In this document: positions 61,908 to 64,000 of the stretch, one piece after another
How positions within the stretch are numbered: the first letter of the stretch is position 1
How the letters are laid out: every line of letters starts with the position of its first letter
DNA from: Spirochaetota bacterium
Lineage (GTDB): Bacteria > Spirochaetota > UBA4802 > UBA5550
DNA length: 64,000 nucleotides
NCBI GenBank assembly: GCA_963664815.2
Contig: CAXXHB010000003.1
Coordinates: forward strand, 1,888,001 to 1,952,000
Reading direction: 5' to 3'
The notes under the pieces: model-generated
What the model saw: the letters and a program-made list of their open reading frames with translations, nothing else
Told to the model about the DNA's origin: nothing
Database searches by the model: none
Program-made: the position numbers and the translations under genes

Positions 61908-62585
61908 ATGATCAAAGCAAGGCAGAAACCACTTGAGGAAATTTATAATCTTATAAAAAGTTATTCACGGATACTCTGTACAGGTTGCGGAGGATGTACC
62001 TCGGTTTGTCTTGCGGGTGGTCAACGTGAAACTCTTTTACTTAAAGAGGAATTATCTGAATTATCACGGGATCAGGGAAAAAAAATTAATCTGTCGGTTT
62101 TTGTAATAGAACGCCAGTGTAATCCGGAATATATTTCAGATATTGAAGACATGGTGAATGATTACGACTGCATTTTATCAACGGCATGCGGAATCGGGGT
62201 ACAGTTTCTTGCAGAGAAATATAGTTCAAAACCTGTATTTCCGGCACTTAATACAATGTTTATCGGGCTTGACCGGAGCACGGGATTATATCAGGAGAGA
62301 TGCCGTACCTGTGGCGACTGCCGGCTTGGATTAACCGGGGGTATATGTACTGTAACATGTTGTTCCAAGAATCTTTTTAACGGACCTTGCGGAGGAACAA
62401 ACCTTGACGGCAGCTGTGAAGTTGACAGAAATATTCCCTGTGCATGGAACCTGATATATGAAAGGTTAAAATCCCAGAATCGCCTGGAAAGCATTCTTTT
62501 AAATCATCCACCAATGGAATGGAAAAGTAATGGGCCTGCAACGATGATACAGTCCGGATATGAAAAAAGATATACAGTTAAATAA
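61908..62585 (+). CDS. metV: MetV: Fe-S/Zn subunit of methylene-THF reductase (MTHFR C-terminal domain protein)
   Basis: GCGGCTSVCLAGG, ERQC, ACGIGVQ, ERCRTCGDC.LG..GGIC, CSK.LFNGPCGG and CEV....CAW motifs. Confidence 0.92.
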   Translation: MIKARQKPLEEIYNLIKSYSRILCTGCGGCTSVCLAGGQRETLLLKEELSELSRDQGKKINLSVFVIERQCNPEYISDIEDMVNDYDCILSTACGIGVQFLAEKYSSKPVFPALNTMFIGLDRSTGLYQERCRTCGDCRLGLTGGICTVTCCSKNLFNGPCGGTNLDGSCEVDRNIPCAWNLIYERLKSQNRLESILLNHPPMEWKSNGPATMIQSGYEKRYTVK

Positions 62586-62761
62586 TAAAATTTCAGTAAT
62601 ATTTTTTAACGTATATTTTATTGCAAAATATACATTTATTTCTCAACACCGAAGGCGGCTGTGAGAATAGAGTATTTCATGTTATTAAGAGTTAATGCAT
62701 ATTTATTGACAAATCATATTGAAACAAAGGTGCAATCGGATTTTAAGGAGAAACAGATATA

Positions 62762-63688
62762 ATGAATTCTGGGAGTAATCTTGAGAAAGTATTGAATGCC
62801 GGATATTTTTCAGTAACATCAGAGCTTGGGCCTCCGAAAGGAACAGATATTTCATCAATTAAAAAAAAAGGTGAATTTCTTCGTGGACACGTTGACGCTG
62901 TTAATGTAACCGACTGCCAGACTGCCGTTGTAAGGATTTCAAGTATAGCAACCTCTGTAATACTTATGCAGATGGAGCTGGAACCTGTTATGCAGATGAC
63001 CTGCCGCGACAGAAACCGGATAGCAATACAAAGCGACATACTCGGTGCATCAGCTCTCGGAATAAAAAACATGCTTGCACTTTCAGGAGATCACCAGAGT
63101 TTCGGAAACCAGAAAAATGCGAAGGGTGTTTTCGATATAGATTCAATGCAGATGTTGTCACTGGTAAAAAGAATGCGCGATGAAAAGAAGATAATGAGTA
63201 TAGATGAATCCATACATGGTGATCTACCTATGTTTATTGGCGCTGTCGCAAATCCATTTGCTCCGCCTGTCGAATTCCGGGCCATGCACCTGAAGAAGAA
63301 AATTGATGCCGGTGCTGATTTTATCCAGACTCAATGCATATTTGATATTGATAAATTCCGTGAATGGATGAAGATAGTATGTGACATGGGACTGGACAGG
63401 AAGTGCTATATATTAGCCGGTTTAACTCCATTGAAATCACTGCGGATGGCGGAGTATATGGCGTCCAGTGTTCCAGGAATCTATATTCCTGATACATTAA
63501 TCAAACGTATGTCCGGTGTTCCGAAAGATAATGCGGCTGACGAGGGTATAAAAATTTTCTGCGAACAGGTCGAACAGTTAAAGGAAATTAAAGGTGTATC
63601 CGGTGTTCATATAATGCCGATCGAATGGGAAAGCAGAATACCTGAAATTACCGAAAGAGCCGGGCTGCTTCCACGGCCGGTGATATAA
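62762..63688 (+). CDS. metF: Methylenetetrahydrofolate reductase catalytic subunit (MetVF type)
   Basis: ELGPPKG, AVNVTD, QMTCRDRNR, L.LSGDH, KKIDAGADFIQTQ and GVHIM motifs. Confidence 0.93.
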   Translation: MNSGSNLEKVLNAGYFSVTSELGPPKGTDISSIKKKGEFLRGHVDAVNVTDCQTAVVRISSIATSVILMQMELEPVMQMTCRDRNRIAIQSDILGASALGIKNMLALSGDHQSFGNQKNAKGVFDIDSMQMLSLVKRMRDEKKIMSIDESIHGDLPMFIGAVANPFAPPVEFRAMHLKKKIDAGADFIQTQCIFDIDKFREWMKIVCDMGLDRKCYILAGLTPLKSLRMAEYMASSVPGIYIPDTLIKRMSGVPKDNAADEGIKIFCEQVEQLKEIKGVSGVHIMPIEWESRIPEITERAGLLPRPVI

Positions 63689-63689
63689 C

Positions 63690-63706
63690 CGGAATAAACT
63701 ATTCCG
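63690..63706 (+). terminator. Small hairpin directly after the metF stop
   Basis: CGGAATA-AAC-TATTCCG; no clear T-tract follows. Confidence 0.3.
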
Positions 63707-63900
63707 TGACAATCTTCGTCATTGAATAGTTTATTATCATATTTATTAAATGTACATATCGAGCTATATTATTTAACAATCCTGCTGCACAATTAACTCA
63801 ATACAATTTAAATTTATATTAATAATTAATAATACCTTGTTTTACCGGAATGATTTATTATATTTATTAAAATAAAAGTCATTACTATTCAGAGGAAAAA

Positions 63901-64000
63901 ATGAAATCACTTAAGTATAAAACAATGATTCTCATTGCGCTTACAGTATTCATCATATCTGTAATTTTTGGTTTCATATCCTATATGCAGATAAAAAAAA
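63901..64000 (+). CDS. 5' end of a membrane sensor-type protein (MCP or histidine kinase-like), runs off the window
   Basis: GAGG RBS; MKSLKYKTMILIALTVFIISVIFGFISYMQIKK is a basic N-terminus plus TM1, typical of chemoreceptors and sensors. Confidence 0.5.
   Translation, partial: MKSLKYKTMILIALTVFIISVIFGFISYMQIKK

Noticed and set aside
1-64000. CRISPR arrays, IS elements, rRNA and defence systems
   Set aside because: No regularly spaced repeats, transposase motifs, rRNA-like sequence or recognisable defence genes were seen.

Overview
AT-rich bacterial chromosomal window. The gene complement and protein style suggest an anaerobic spirochaete (inference). Most of it is housekeeping: purL/purQ, nnr, rlmD, dnaG-rpoD, gpsA, folC, argS, cinA, ispF, recJ, queA and xerD. 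It also holds a type II secretion operon (gspC-N), a TolC/MacA/ABC-ATPase export module and a tRNA-Thr/tRNA-Tyr pair. The most notable element lies just after the tRNAs (60324-63688): a NarI/HmcE-type membrane cytochrome b, a 2x[4Fe-4S] protein, a secreted tetraheme cytochrome c3, and MetV and MetF. This is a candidate membrane- and cytochrome-wired methylene-THF reductase. Other notable items are a 52-aa internally deleted gspJ missed by the ORF track, an IspH-UbiA fusion at the end of the T2SS operon, and several apparent pseudoenzyme domains (GpsA fused to a PlsB-like domain, HTH-RNase H, a DnaQ-like insert in RecJ, a GGDEF-like protein and the CinA N-domain). All calls come from reading motifs by eye; no searches were run.
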